From positions 453,358-517,357 of the forward strand of contig JAQBQP010000002.1 in assembly GCA_028286905.1 (NCBI GenBank): 64,000 bases of DNA. Direction: 5' to 3'. Shown piece after piece: positions 56,129 through 64,000 of the stretch; within the stretch, counting starts at the first letter, position 1, and every line of letters begins with the position of its first letter. A program made the translations under genes and the position numbers. This DNA comes from Candidatus Doudnabacteria bacterium (GTDB lineage Bacteria > Patescibacteriota > Doudnabacteria > UBA920 > VMFF01). The notes below the pieces were generated by a model that ran no database searches, had not been told where the DNA came from, and was given only the letters and a program-made list of their open reading frames with translations.

Positions 56129-56303
56129 CTACTATAAAAAACGGGCAGGGGTCCTGTCGGGGTAGTAATTTTTTACCGAAACTCACGAACAGCAAAAGTT
56201 CGTTCCGTTAAAAAATTCTACCACCGCCACCCCCAAAGCCCGTTTTTTATATGCCCTAAATTAAGCTGTCCCAGTTTTAGACATTAGATGTTACAATATA
56301 TCC

Positions 56304-57350
56304 ATGAAGCCTTCGTATACCAAAATTTTAGAAGAATACCATTCCCTTTCTGAAAAGCTTAGTCACGCTACTCCGGAAGAAATTGCTAAGTTCGGCAAAC
56401 AACAGTCGGACCTTTTTCCAGTTGTTGAGAAAATTCAAGAATTAGAAAAACACGAAAAAGAACTTGAAGAAAATAAAATTTTAGCCGAAGGCAAGGATGA
56501 ATTGGCAGAAATCGCTCAAGAAGAAATTCGTGTAATATCTAAGCGCGTTGCGACATTAGAAGAAGAAATCGAAACCTTGTTAATTCCAAGCGACCCTTTG
56601 GATGAAAAAAACATCATCATTGAAATTCGAGCTGGAGCGGGCGGTGATGAATCGGCTTTGTTTGCTGCAGAACTTTTTAGAATGTACGCGAAGTACGCGG
56701 AAAAACAAAAGTGGCAAACCAGCATTATTTCTGCCAGCCGCAACGATATTGGCGGATACAAAGAAGTCGTTTTCGAAATGAAAGGCAAAAAAGTTTATTC
56801 CAAAATGAAGTTTGAATCTGGGGTGCATCGCGTTCAAAGAGTGCCGGAAACCGAAAAAGCCGGGCGCGTACACACCTCTACTGTAACAGTGGCTGTGCTT
56901 CCAGAATTTGATCAGACCGACATCGACATTCCAATGAAAGACTTGGAAATGACAGCGAATACTGCCTCAGGACACGGCGGACAAAGCGTAAACACCACAT
57001 ACTCCGCTATTAAAATTGTGCACTTGCCTACCGGCATCACTGCACAGTCCCAAGATGAACGCAGCCAAGCCCAGAACCGCGAAAAAGCCCTTGCGGTTAT
57101 TCGCAGCCGTGTAGCTGCTTTCTACCAAGAACAGCGAGAAAAAGAATATAAAGATAAGCGTAAAGCTCAAATTGGCAGCGGCGACCGTTCTGAAAAAATT
57201 CGTACTTATAATTTCCCCCAGGATCGCTTAACCGACCATCGAATCAACCAAAACTTCAACCAAATCTACACAATTCTCGAAGGGAATTTAGATTTGATTA
57301 TTAATGCTTTATTAGAAGAAGACTTGAAACTAAAAAAAGCGGCAATTTAA
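56304..57350 (+). CDS. prfA: peptide chain release factor 1
   Basis: GGQ motif (SGHGGQSVNTT). HLPTGITAQSQDERSQAQN is RF1-like. Confidence 0.9.
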   Translation: MKPSYTKILEEYHSLSEKLSHATPEEIAKFGKQQSDLFPVVEKIQELEKHEKELEENKILAEGKDELAEIAQEEIRVISKRVATLEEEIETLLIPSDPLDEKNIIIEIRAGAGGDESALFAAELFRMYAKYAEKQKWQTSIISASRNDIGGYKEVVFEMKGKKVYSKMKFESGVHRVQRVPETEKAGRVHTSTVTVAVLPEFDQTDIDIPMKDLEMTANTASGHGGQSVNTTYSAIKIVHLPTGITAQSQDERSQAQNREKALAVIRSRVAAFYQEQREKEYKDKRKAQIGSGDRSEKIRTYNFPQDRLTDHRINQNFNQIYTILEGNLDLIINALLEEDLKLKKAAI

Positions 57351-57381
57351 CAGTACATGGTACTGAATACTAAGTACTTAT

Positions 57382-58182
57382 ATGAACCTACAAGTTGAAA
57401 AAGAAATAATTCTTTCGGAAATTACTGGAAAGAGCAAAGAGTTCTTAATTGCCCATCAAGATTTTGTATTGAATAAAAAACAATCAGCTGGATACAAAAA
57501 AATGCTTTCGCAACTGCAACGCGGAAACCCTTTAGCGTACGTCGTGGGGTACAAGTGGTTTTTTGGAAACAAATTTACAGTAACTAAAAACGTTTTAATC
57601 CCCCGTCCAGAAACAGAGCAGTTAGTAGAACGCGCAATTCAGTTAAACGACAAAGCAACTTTTAAAAAAGTAATAGATGTCGGTGTTGGCTCTGGAGCAA
57701 TCATTATTTCTTTAGGAAAGACTTTAAACAAACTCAAAGCGGATTTTTATGGAATTGATATTTCCAGTAAGGCCTTAGCGATTGCCAAAAAGAACTCTAA
57801 AAATATTTTAAAAAACTCTTCAATCAAATTTGTTAAAGGCAACTTGATTAACCCTTTAGCTAAAAAACTTTCTGGGCAACAAAAGGTTTTAATAACGGCA
57901 AACCTTCCTTATCTTTCCAAAAAGGAGTTAAGAGAGCCAACGATTAAAAAAGAGCCGCGATTGGCTTTGTATGGCGGTAAAAACTCTTACGATTTAATAG
58001 AAAAATTTATTAAACAAGTTTCTTTATTGGATTTGAAACAATCTGTAATTTTGTTAGAGATAAATTACAATCAAGCCAAAGCTTTAAGCTCAAAGATAAA
58101 AAAGTATCTGCCGAACGCAGATATAAAAATTCATCAAGACTTTTCGAAGTTTGACCGAATTATTGAAATTACCTTGGCTTAG
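57382..58182 (+). CDS. prmC: release factor glutamine N5-methyltransferase (HemK/PrmC)
   Basis: SAM motif VIDVGVGSGAI and substrate motif NLPY (NPPY variant). It is downstream of prfA. Confidence 0.8.
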   Translation: MNLQVEKEIILSEITGKSKEFLIAHQDFVLNKKQSAGYKKMLSQLQRGNPLAYVVGYKWFFGNKFTVTKNVLIPRPETEQLVERAIQLNDKATFKKVIDVGVGSGAIIISLGKTLNKLKADFYGIDISSKALAIAKKNSKNILKNSSIKFVKGNLINPLAKKLSGQQKVLITANLPYLSKKELREPTIKKEPRLALYGGKNSYDLIEKFIKQVSLLDLKQSVILLEINYNQAKALSSKIKKYLPNADIKIHQDFSKFDRIIEITLA

Positions 58183-58188
58183 GTTTAG

Positions 58189-59052
58189 CTACTTATGCAG
58201 GGTTATTCCAAGCGATTCAGCAAAACGATCAATCCCTTCCACACCATGCACGCGCACCCGAGGCATCTCGTATGCGTTTTTATTTTCGCCGTAAAATCCT
58301 GGAGCGGTAGTGAAAGCCATTTTAAAACCACTGCCGGCAACAATCGCTTCTGTTTCTAAATCATGGTGCCCATAAGGATAAACAAAGGTAATCGGTGCTG
58401 TATGCAGATGCGCTTGGATATCTTTGAGACTGCCTTGAATTTCGTTGATCTTATCCTGATGGGAATATTTTCTGGATGTGAAATCGATATGGTGCTGGCT
58501 ATGCGAAACTATTTCCATTCCGACGGTTTGTGCTCCTAAAATTGTCGGCCAGCTAGCATATTCGGAGTTTGCAACATATTGAGTTATTACCGCGAAAGAA
58601 CCAGTCATGCGATATTTAAGCAAAGTTGGAATAGCATTCTTAAAAGCATCATCAAAACCATCGTCAAAAATTATAACGCACGGTTTTTTTGCCAAATCTA
58701 CTTCGCCCTGCTGGTATTGATACAACGCCTGAGTACTAATGCAGCTATAGCCGGCGGCATATAAAAACTTTACTTCTGCTTCGAAGTCAGCAGTGCTAAC
58801 AGTTAAGTCTCTTCGGTAACGATCGGGGTTAGAGGGCATTTCACCAATGTGGTGATACATCAAAACCGGCACCCGTACCGAACGCGGTATTCCTGGTTGA
58901 GCCGCGGGATGAATATTTATTTCTGCCGGAAGCTCTGATACCGGCGGCGTGCTGAATACCGGAGCGCTGTTATCTGGACGGGTAAATACTCCAAAGATAA
59001 TTAAAAGTCCGGCCACAAATAAAATTCTGCCCAATTCTCTGATATATTTCAT
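58189..59052 (-). CDS. polysaccharide deacetylase (NodB-homology domain)
   Basis: FDDGF... and HSQHH metal-binding motifs. N-terminal TM anchor. Confidence 0.7.
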   Translation of the reverse strand: MKYIRELGRILFVAGLLIIFGVFTRPDNSAPVFSTPPVSELPAEINIHPAAQPGIPRSVRVPVLMYHHIGEMPSNPDRYRRDLTVSTADFEAEVKFLYAAGYSCISTQALYQYQQGEVDLAKKPCVIIFDDGFDDAFKNAIPTLLKYRMTGSFAVITQYVANSEYASWPTILGAQTVGMEIVSHSQHHIDFTSRKYSHQDKINEIQGSLKDIQAHLHTAPITFVYPYGHHDLETEAIVAGSGFKMAFTTAPGFYGENKNAYEMPRVRVHGVEGIDRFAESLGITLHK

Positions 59053-59053
59053 T

Positions 59054-60199
59054 TTATTGTGCCGTAACAGTGTTAGCAGGAGGAACTATTTCAATCCAAA
59101 TCTGACCGCGGTTTAAAGCAATCTCATTACCGGTTTGGTCAAAATATTTTGTGCGACCATCAACCAGTTTCCAGGTACCGTGAATTACCCCGCCATCCAT
59201 ATAAACATCAGCGTCACCGCCCTCGCGAGTACCCATGCTGATCGCATAAAGAGTGTCGGATTTTACCGGCCAATTACGGACGCGCTGCACTATAAGATCT
59301 TTAGCATTTACGCTTTTATTATTACCAGCGTCGATTGTGGCCACACCAGCGTTATATCTTTTATATGTGTTTGTTTTAGAGTCATAAAGCCATTTCACAG
59401 TGTAAGCCGGCAAAGAAAAATTTATGTTTATCTTTGATGCAGTTGGTTGCGCTAAAGCGGCATCGTCTTTAAAAATGTAATCGCTGTAAGTTTTTGTGGC
59501 GCTAAATTTATCATGCTTAGCCATCGCAAACAATTTGTCAGTAGAACTATAAGTGTTATGCGGGGGCAAGCGCGGTGGAATACGGGTCATGTAAGCGCCG
59601 TTCACAAACTGATCCGCATCAGACAGTCCAGGAATGCCTTGCTTTAAATAATACAAGGCGTCACTATTGCCACCGACGTGGGCAAAGATTGCCCCTAGTT
59701 CTTGTGCCCAATCATTAAAATATGTTCTAGCGCTGCGAATTGGCCCGATTGATTTAACTTGTTGGGTTTGGAAAACCGCCAGGAATCGCGTAATGCCGCC
59801 TTCTGCCAAAGCTTCGTAGACAATATCTGCCTGAGAAAGTCCGGATTGCGGTCGAGCGGCAGGAAGATTTTCAATCACTACTGCAAAAGGACGCTGCACC
59901 AAAGCGCTTGGAGTCATTACGCCATTTATAGCAGGGATTTTATCAGCATTGGCTAAACTGTTTTGATAATCGCTTTGGGATTGAAAGATTTTTGAATCTT
60001 GTTCCGCTGCAGAGCCAGAAACGGTTTTAATGCTTTTCTTTGTAGCAGCGTGAACCATAGCGAAAATGCCAACAAAAATTATCAAAGCGGCAATGCCAAT
60101 GAATAAGTTTTTTCGTGGCTTATTTAGGTTTTTACTTGATCGATTCGAATAGCCTTGCATAAAGTCATTATAACATATCAAAAATAAGCGATCGCACAA
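59054..60199 (-). CDS. secreted/anchored protein, possibly DUF3048 (YerB-like)
   Basis: N-terminal TM anchor, 381 aa. Its stop abuts the deacetylase start. Weak call. Confidence 0.35.
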   Translation of the reverse strand: MCDRLFLICYNDFMQGYSNRSSKNLNKPRKNLFIGIAALIIFVGIFAMVHAATKKSIKTVSGSAAEQDSKIFQSQSDYQNSLANADKIPAINGVMTPSALVQRPFAVVIENLPAARPQSGLSQADIVYEALAEGGITRFLAVFQTQQVKSIGPIRSARTYFNDWAQELGAIFAHVGGNSDALYYLKQGIPGLSDADQFVNGAYMTRIPPRLPPHNTYSSTDKLFAMAKHDKFSATKTYSDYIFKDDAALAQPTASKININFSLPAYTVKWLYDSKTNTYKRYNAGVATIDAGNNKSVNAKDLIVQRVRNWPVKSDTLYAISMGTREGGDADVYMDGGVIHGTWKLVDGRTKYFDQTGNEIALNRGQIWIEIVPPANTVTAQ

Positions 60200-60237
60200 G
60201 TGCGATCGCTTATTTTTTGCCTGTAGTAAGGTATAAA

Positions 60238-60897
60238 CTATTCTTTCTTATCAGCTTTATCAGCTGCTTCATCTTCTGGTTTAGTTTCAGCTGCGCCTTC
60301 AACCTTAGAAACGTCTTCCACAATTGGAGCGGCTAATTCTGCTTCAACGTCACGAGGAGGGTTAACTTTAGCAACCATTTCTTCATGATCAGTCAAAATT
60401 TCTACTTTAGAATCAACTTTCAAATCTTTAACGTGGATAGAGTCTTCAAATGTATTCAAGACAGAAATATCAACCACAAAGTTGTGTGGCAAATCTGCTG
60501 GCAAACATTCTACTTCTACTTCCTGCAATACTGTTACCAATGTACCGCCATTTGCTTTAACAGCATTTGAAACACCAATAAATTCTAATTGTACTGTTGC
60601 TTTCAATTTTTCAGTCATACTTACTTCGTAGAAATCGGCATGAATGTATTTACCTGTTAAGTAATGTCTTTGAACATCTTGGATAATTACATTCTTTGCC
60701 TTGCCTTCAATAACTAGATTAACCAAGGTTGATTCTCCAGCCTTACGAAAAGCTTTATCAAACAAAGAATAGGACAACGCCAAATGTTCAGTAGCTTTGC
60801 CATGTCCGTATATGATTGCAGGGATTGAACCTTCTTTTCTTAGTTTTTCAACTGAGTAAGTTGGTCTAGCAACTGCTTGTAATTCAATCTTTTCCAT
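60238..60897 (-). CDS. rplY: 50S ribosomal protein L25 / general stress protein Ctc
   Basis: MEKIELQAVAR...IPAIIYGHGK matches the L25 beta-barrel N-domain. An acidic C-terminal tail follows. Confidence 0.8.
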   Translation of the reverse strand: MEKIELQAVARPTYSVEKLRKEGSIPAIIYGHGKATEHLALSYSLFDKAFRKAGESTLVNLVIEGKAKNVIIQDVQRHYLTGKYIHADFYEVSMTEKLKATVQLEFIGVSNAVKANGGTLVTVLQEVEVECLPADLPHNFVVDISVLNTFEDSIHVKDLKVDSKVEILTDHEEMVAKVNPPRDVEAELAAPIVEDVSKVEGAAETKPEDEAADKADKKE

Positions 60898-61003
60898 TCT
60901 ATAAAACCCCGGGTACTCTTTCCGCACTAATAAGTAGTGCGATACCATCCCCTTTTAATGTGCACGTATTCTAACAGCTTTAAGTGGTTTTGCCAAGTGC
61001 TGA

Positions 61004-61360
61004 TTATTTCCCTAATGCCCGGGCAAAGTCCCCATCAAAACCATTCAAAAACTGATGCACGCTATAGACATCGTCTGCGCGCAAAGGGTCTTGTTTGGAA
61101 AACTTCTTGGTATCATTGCTGGTTAGATCTGTAACCATAACCGCCGAGAAAATCTCCCCGCCTTCAATAGAAATGCCAAAAACTACCGAGCTTTTGCATC
61201 GGGTACAGTCAGAATGTACTAATAAAGTTGCGTGGGTTTGGTCTTCTTGCTTAGTATCAATGATTTTGGTGGTTTCCAAGTTGTATTCGTAACCGCAAAT
61301 CGGACAGCGCAGGGCTTTGGATAACCATTCTATAACCTTTTTGAAATCGATTCTTTTCAT
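61004..61360 (-). CDS. zinc-ribbon hypothetical protein (118 aa)
   Basis: CPICG ... CTRC pairs. Confidence 0.35.
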   Translation of the reverse strand: MKRIDFKKVIEWLSKALRCPICGYEYNLETTKIIDTKQEDQTHATLLVHSDCTRCKSSVVFGISIEGGEIFSAVMVTDLTSNDTKKFSKQDPLRADDVYSVHQFLNGFDGDFARALGK

Positions 61361-61442
61361 TTTTTTCCTTCCTTAATTTCATTTTAACAGAGTCGATTTT
61401 TCAGTCAATTATTTATTTTGAGTTTAGCTTAATTAAGCCGTT

Positions 61443-62540
61443 TCAGAGCCGAATTCCTCTGGCGTTAATTGCTACCGCTTCTGCAATACCCATGCTAATT
61501 GCAACAGTGAGTAGCGAACTGCCTCCGTAGCTAAGCATTGGCAAAGGAATTCCGGTAACCGGCATAATCCCCATGTTCATACCAACGTTAATAACCACCT
61601 GAGAGAGCATCATAAAAAATATTCCGATAATCAAAAAACGCGACAAATCATCCCGGCACTGCCGATAGATAATCAGTAATCTAAATAACAAAATAAAGTA
61701 AAGGGTAATGATTACCATTGAACCCAAAAAACCAAGCTCCTCTGATGCCGAAGCAAAAATAAAATCGGTTTGCCTTTCAGGTAAAAACCGTAACTGGCTT
61801 TGCAAGCCTTTGCCCAAGCCACGCCCAAACACCCCGCCAGAACCAATCGCAATTGTCGCCTGGCGAACATTGTAACCTTTACCTTTTGGATCGCGATCCG
61901 GATTTAAAAATATTTCAATTCTATTTTTCTGATAATCGTGCAGCAAAGTTTTCCATGCTACTCCAGAAAATAACGCCAGTGCAATGAACAGATAGATAAA
62001 AACTTTTTTATTAACCGTACTGAAAAATAACATTCCCAACCAGATTACAAAAATTACAATTGCCGAACCTAAATCCGGTTGTTTTGCAATTAAAAGCATT
62101 GGAATCAAAACGTATAAAAAAGACAGGCTAACATTTTTAAAAGTGTTGATCTCCCCTCTTCGAAGTGCAAAAAACCGCGCTAAAACTAAAACCATAATTA
62201 ATTTCATCAATTCTGCCGGCTGCAAATTGATCACCCCTAGGTTAAACCAGCGGCTGCTTCCCTGTACTGCTCTACCTACTAAAATCAGCCCGCCTAATAA
62301 GGCTACGAATAGCAAGTAATAATAGCGGCTTTGCTTAGTTAAAGTACGATAATCAAAAAAAGCAAAAAATAAAAACAACCCGATCGCAATTAAAGAATAA
62401 ATAATTTGATGGTAAAAAATTGCTTTACTGCCATTTAAGCTAGTGCTATATATCAAAGAAAGACCAACCAGCAATAAAAGAAAGCAGATTACTGCCACCG
62501 TTATGTCCAAATATTTAATCTTTGAAAAAAAGTTATTCAT
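61443..62540 (-). CDS. SEDS-family peptidoglycan glycosyltransferase (FtsW/RodA)
   Basis: Ten TM helices and a conserved FtsW/RodA/SpoVE pattern (e.g. GVINLQPAELMK, LPERQTDFIFA). Confidence 0.8.
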   Translation of the reverse strand: MNNFFSKIKYLDITVAVICFLLLLVGLSLIYSTSLNGSKAIFYHQIIYSLIAIGLFLFFAFFDYRTLTKQSRYYYLLFVALLGGLILVGRAVQGSSRWFNLGVINLQPAELMKLIMVLVLARFFALRRGEINTFKNVSLSFLYVLIPMLLIAKQPDLGSAIVIFVIWLGMLFFSTVNKKVFIYLFIALALFSGVAWKTLLHDYQKNRIEIFLNPDRDPKGKGYNVRQATIAIGSGGVFGRGLGKGLQSQLRFLPERQTDFIFASASEELGFLGSMVIITLYFILLFRLLIIYRQCRDDLSRFLIIGIFFMMLSQVVINVGMNMGIMPVTGIPLPMLSYGGSSLLTVAISMGIAEAVAINARGIRL

Positions 62541-62548
62541 TTAATTCA

Positions 62549-63370
62549 TTATTTGATATTTTCGGGATCTAAAACGTTGGTTTCAATTATTATCCGCGGT
62601 GTGCCAGACACTTGTGTTGCTAATGGAATTGGCCAAAACATTTTATAATCTCGAACTTCTTTAGGTGCCAAAGTGTTTTCGGTGCGCTGATTTACGCCAA
62701 TGATCTTATTGTTTTTATCAAAAACCACCGCACTAATTCGCACTGCACCGATTGTGGAATTGCTTTGATTGCTAATATTGCTTTGCAGGGTAAAACCGAT
62801 CGGATCAGTTTGGTCTTGATATTGCGGAATACCGGCTTTAATTAAAATGTTTGGGATACTGAACCTGCGCTTCCAAACTGGATCAGTAATTTCAACTTGA
62901 ACTTGATCCGGCTGTTGCTTTAAATGAATGTTTGGTAAGATCAAATATTTTTGTTCACCGCCAAGCAAATAGGTTTTATCGCTATCACTACCCAACTCCT
63001 TACCGGCAGCGTCCAAAAATATAAATTTATACTTTAGCTCTTTTGTAGAAAGATCTTGGTTTGGATTTTTTATTAAGGCATAAGCGGAATAATTATCACC
63101 AACCATTGTAAGCGCTTTAGTTTCTACTATTTGCACTGGCAAGGCTTGAACTATCGCTTGATGTGCAGTAATTTCATTTTTTGAGAAACCATTAAGGTAT
63201 ACTTCGGCGACCGCAAACTTTGCAACAAAATAAATCGGAATCAAAAGAATAATAAGAACAAAAAAAGCACGACGGTTAAATTTTGAAAAATTGGCGAAGA
63301 AGTCTTTCAACTTAAGCTCCTTCTCGGCAACCTCAATTTCAAGCTTTTGTTTTTCTATTGATTCGCTCAT
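62549..63370 (-). CDS. bitopic hypothetical protein (273 aa)
   Basis: One N-terminal TM helix. It follows the SEDS gene. Confidence 0.4.
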   Translation of the reverse strand: MSESIEKQKLEIEVAEKELKLKDFFANFSKFNRRAFFVLIILLIPIYFVAKFAVAEVYLNGFSKNEITAHQAIVQALPVQIVETKALTMVGDNYSAYALIKNPNQDLSTKELKYKFIFLDAAGKELGSDSDKTYLLGGEQKYLILPNIHLKQQPDQVQVEITDPVWKRRFSIPNILIKAGIPQYQDQTDPIGFTLQSNISNQSNSTIGAVRISAVVFDKNNKIIGVNQRTENTLAPKEVRDYKMFWPIPLATQVSGTPRIIIETNVLDPENIK

Positions 63371-63404
63371 GGTGACTTAATTATACCATGTTATAATGAA
63401 CTCA

Positions 63405-64000
63405 ATGAAATTCACCCATCTCCACGTGCATAGCCACTTTTCCCTATTGGACGGACTCTCTCAGATTGAGCCGCTTTTAGAACGCGCCCAGGCGCTAAAT
63501 TTCGAAGCACTGGCTCTAACCGACCATGGCGTAATGTATGGCGCAATCGAGTTTTATAATAAAGCACTGGAATTGGGCATTAAGCCGATTATCGGGTTTG
63601 AAGCTTACATTGCAATCCGAGACCTTACAGACAAGCAGGTTAAAGTCGACGACGATTACTATCATCTAACTTTAATTGCAAAAAACTATGAAGGCTACAA
63701 AAATTTAATCCAGCTAACCACCACCGCGCATTTAGACGGCTACTATTATAAGCCACGCATTGATAAGAACTTAATGCGCAAATACTCTGCTGGAATTATT
63801 GCCTTATCTGGTTGTCCGCGCGGTGAAATATACAAAGCTATAAAAAACAAAAGCTTAGATGCTGCGGAACAGGTGCTCAGCGAATACGTGGATATTTTTG
63901 GTAAAGAAAATTTCTTTTTAGAAGTGCAGCGCAACGAACGCGGCAACCGTGATGCTACAAATGAAAAAATTATCCAAGGCTTGGTAACTTTGGCGAAGAA
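63405..64000 (+). CDS. dnaE: DNA polymerase III alpha subunit, N-terminal PHP domain (runs off window end)
   Basis: MKFTHLHVHSHFSLLDGLS...LALTDHGVMYG is the PHP-domain start. There is no stop before the window end. Confidence 0.8.
   Translation, partial: MKFTHLHVHSHFSLLDGLSQIEPLLERAQALNFEALALTDHGVMYGAIEFYNKALELGIKPIIGFEAYIAIRDLTDKQVKVDDDYYHLTLIAKNYEGYKNLIQLTTTAHLDGYYYKPRIDKNLMRKYSAGIIALSGCPRGEIYKAIKNKSLDAAEQVLSEYVDIFGKENFFLEVQRNERGNRDATNEKIIQGLVTLAK

Noticed and set aside
1-64000. CRISPR arrays, rRNA genes, IS elements or transposases
   Set aside because: I found no regularly spaced short direct repeats with unique spacers. I found no rRNA-like conserved stretches. No ORF has DDE or tyrosine-recombinase motifs.

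Overview
This 64-kb window is low-GC and gene-dense, with a roughly mid-30s %GC backbone judged by eye. It looks like a small-genome bacterium, and the gene content is compatible with a Patescibacteria/CPR-like organism, but that is inference only.

Backbone content: housekeeping genes include dnaX, cysS, dus, radC, lexA, rplJ-rplL, hup, rpsB-tsf, rpmE, prfA-prmC, rplY, rpmG, an ftsW/rodA-like SEDS gene and the start of dnaE. There are four tRNAs (Trp, Thr-UGU, Thr-GGU, Tyr), all on the minus strand with CCA encoded. Other backbone genes are a type IV pilin, an 836-aa T4SS coupling-protein-like ATPase, the redox-repair genes msrA and msrB, transporters (two MFS, an Nramp, a CorA-like), an M23 peptidase, a NERD protein and a folate cluster (5-FCL, ATP-grasp, folC, DHFR-like).

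Standout structure: about 37.0-47.3 kb, directly after the 3' end of tRNA-Trp, is a tandem array of one- or two-gene cassettes. Each cassette is bounded by copies of a roughly 70-nt repeat. The repeat consists of a about 35-nt conserved core, a tRNA-3'-end-like ...AGCCCGTGCCA segment identical in its last 9-17 nt to tRNA-Trp, a conserved hairpin, and a TTTTTTGTTATGCT motif placed 6 nt before the next start codon. Many cassettes are visibly GC-rich (roughly 55-60% by eye), single small secreted or membrane genes that look foreign.

One cassette carries a Fur-family regulator divergent from a CooC/MinD-like ATPase with two perfect 21-bp palindromic operators. Similar GC-rich islets sit downstream of the tRNA-Thr/Tyr pair and at isolated sites (about 14.1 kb, 32.8 kb). 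No integrase or recombinase was recognised in the window.

Other items flagged: an apparent lexA-small ORF-small ORF-radC operon with a palindromic box upstream; a possible roughly 480-nt non-coding transcript between rplL and the sigma-factor gene; a hint of leaderless promoters; an ATP-grasp gene beside folC; and several membrane/sensor proteins with unusual architectures.

All coordinates for hand-located elements are approximate to a few nt. In at least one region my manual positions disagreed with the ORF track by 1 nt.
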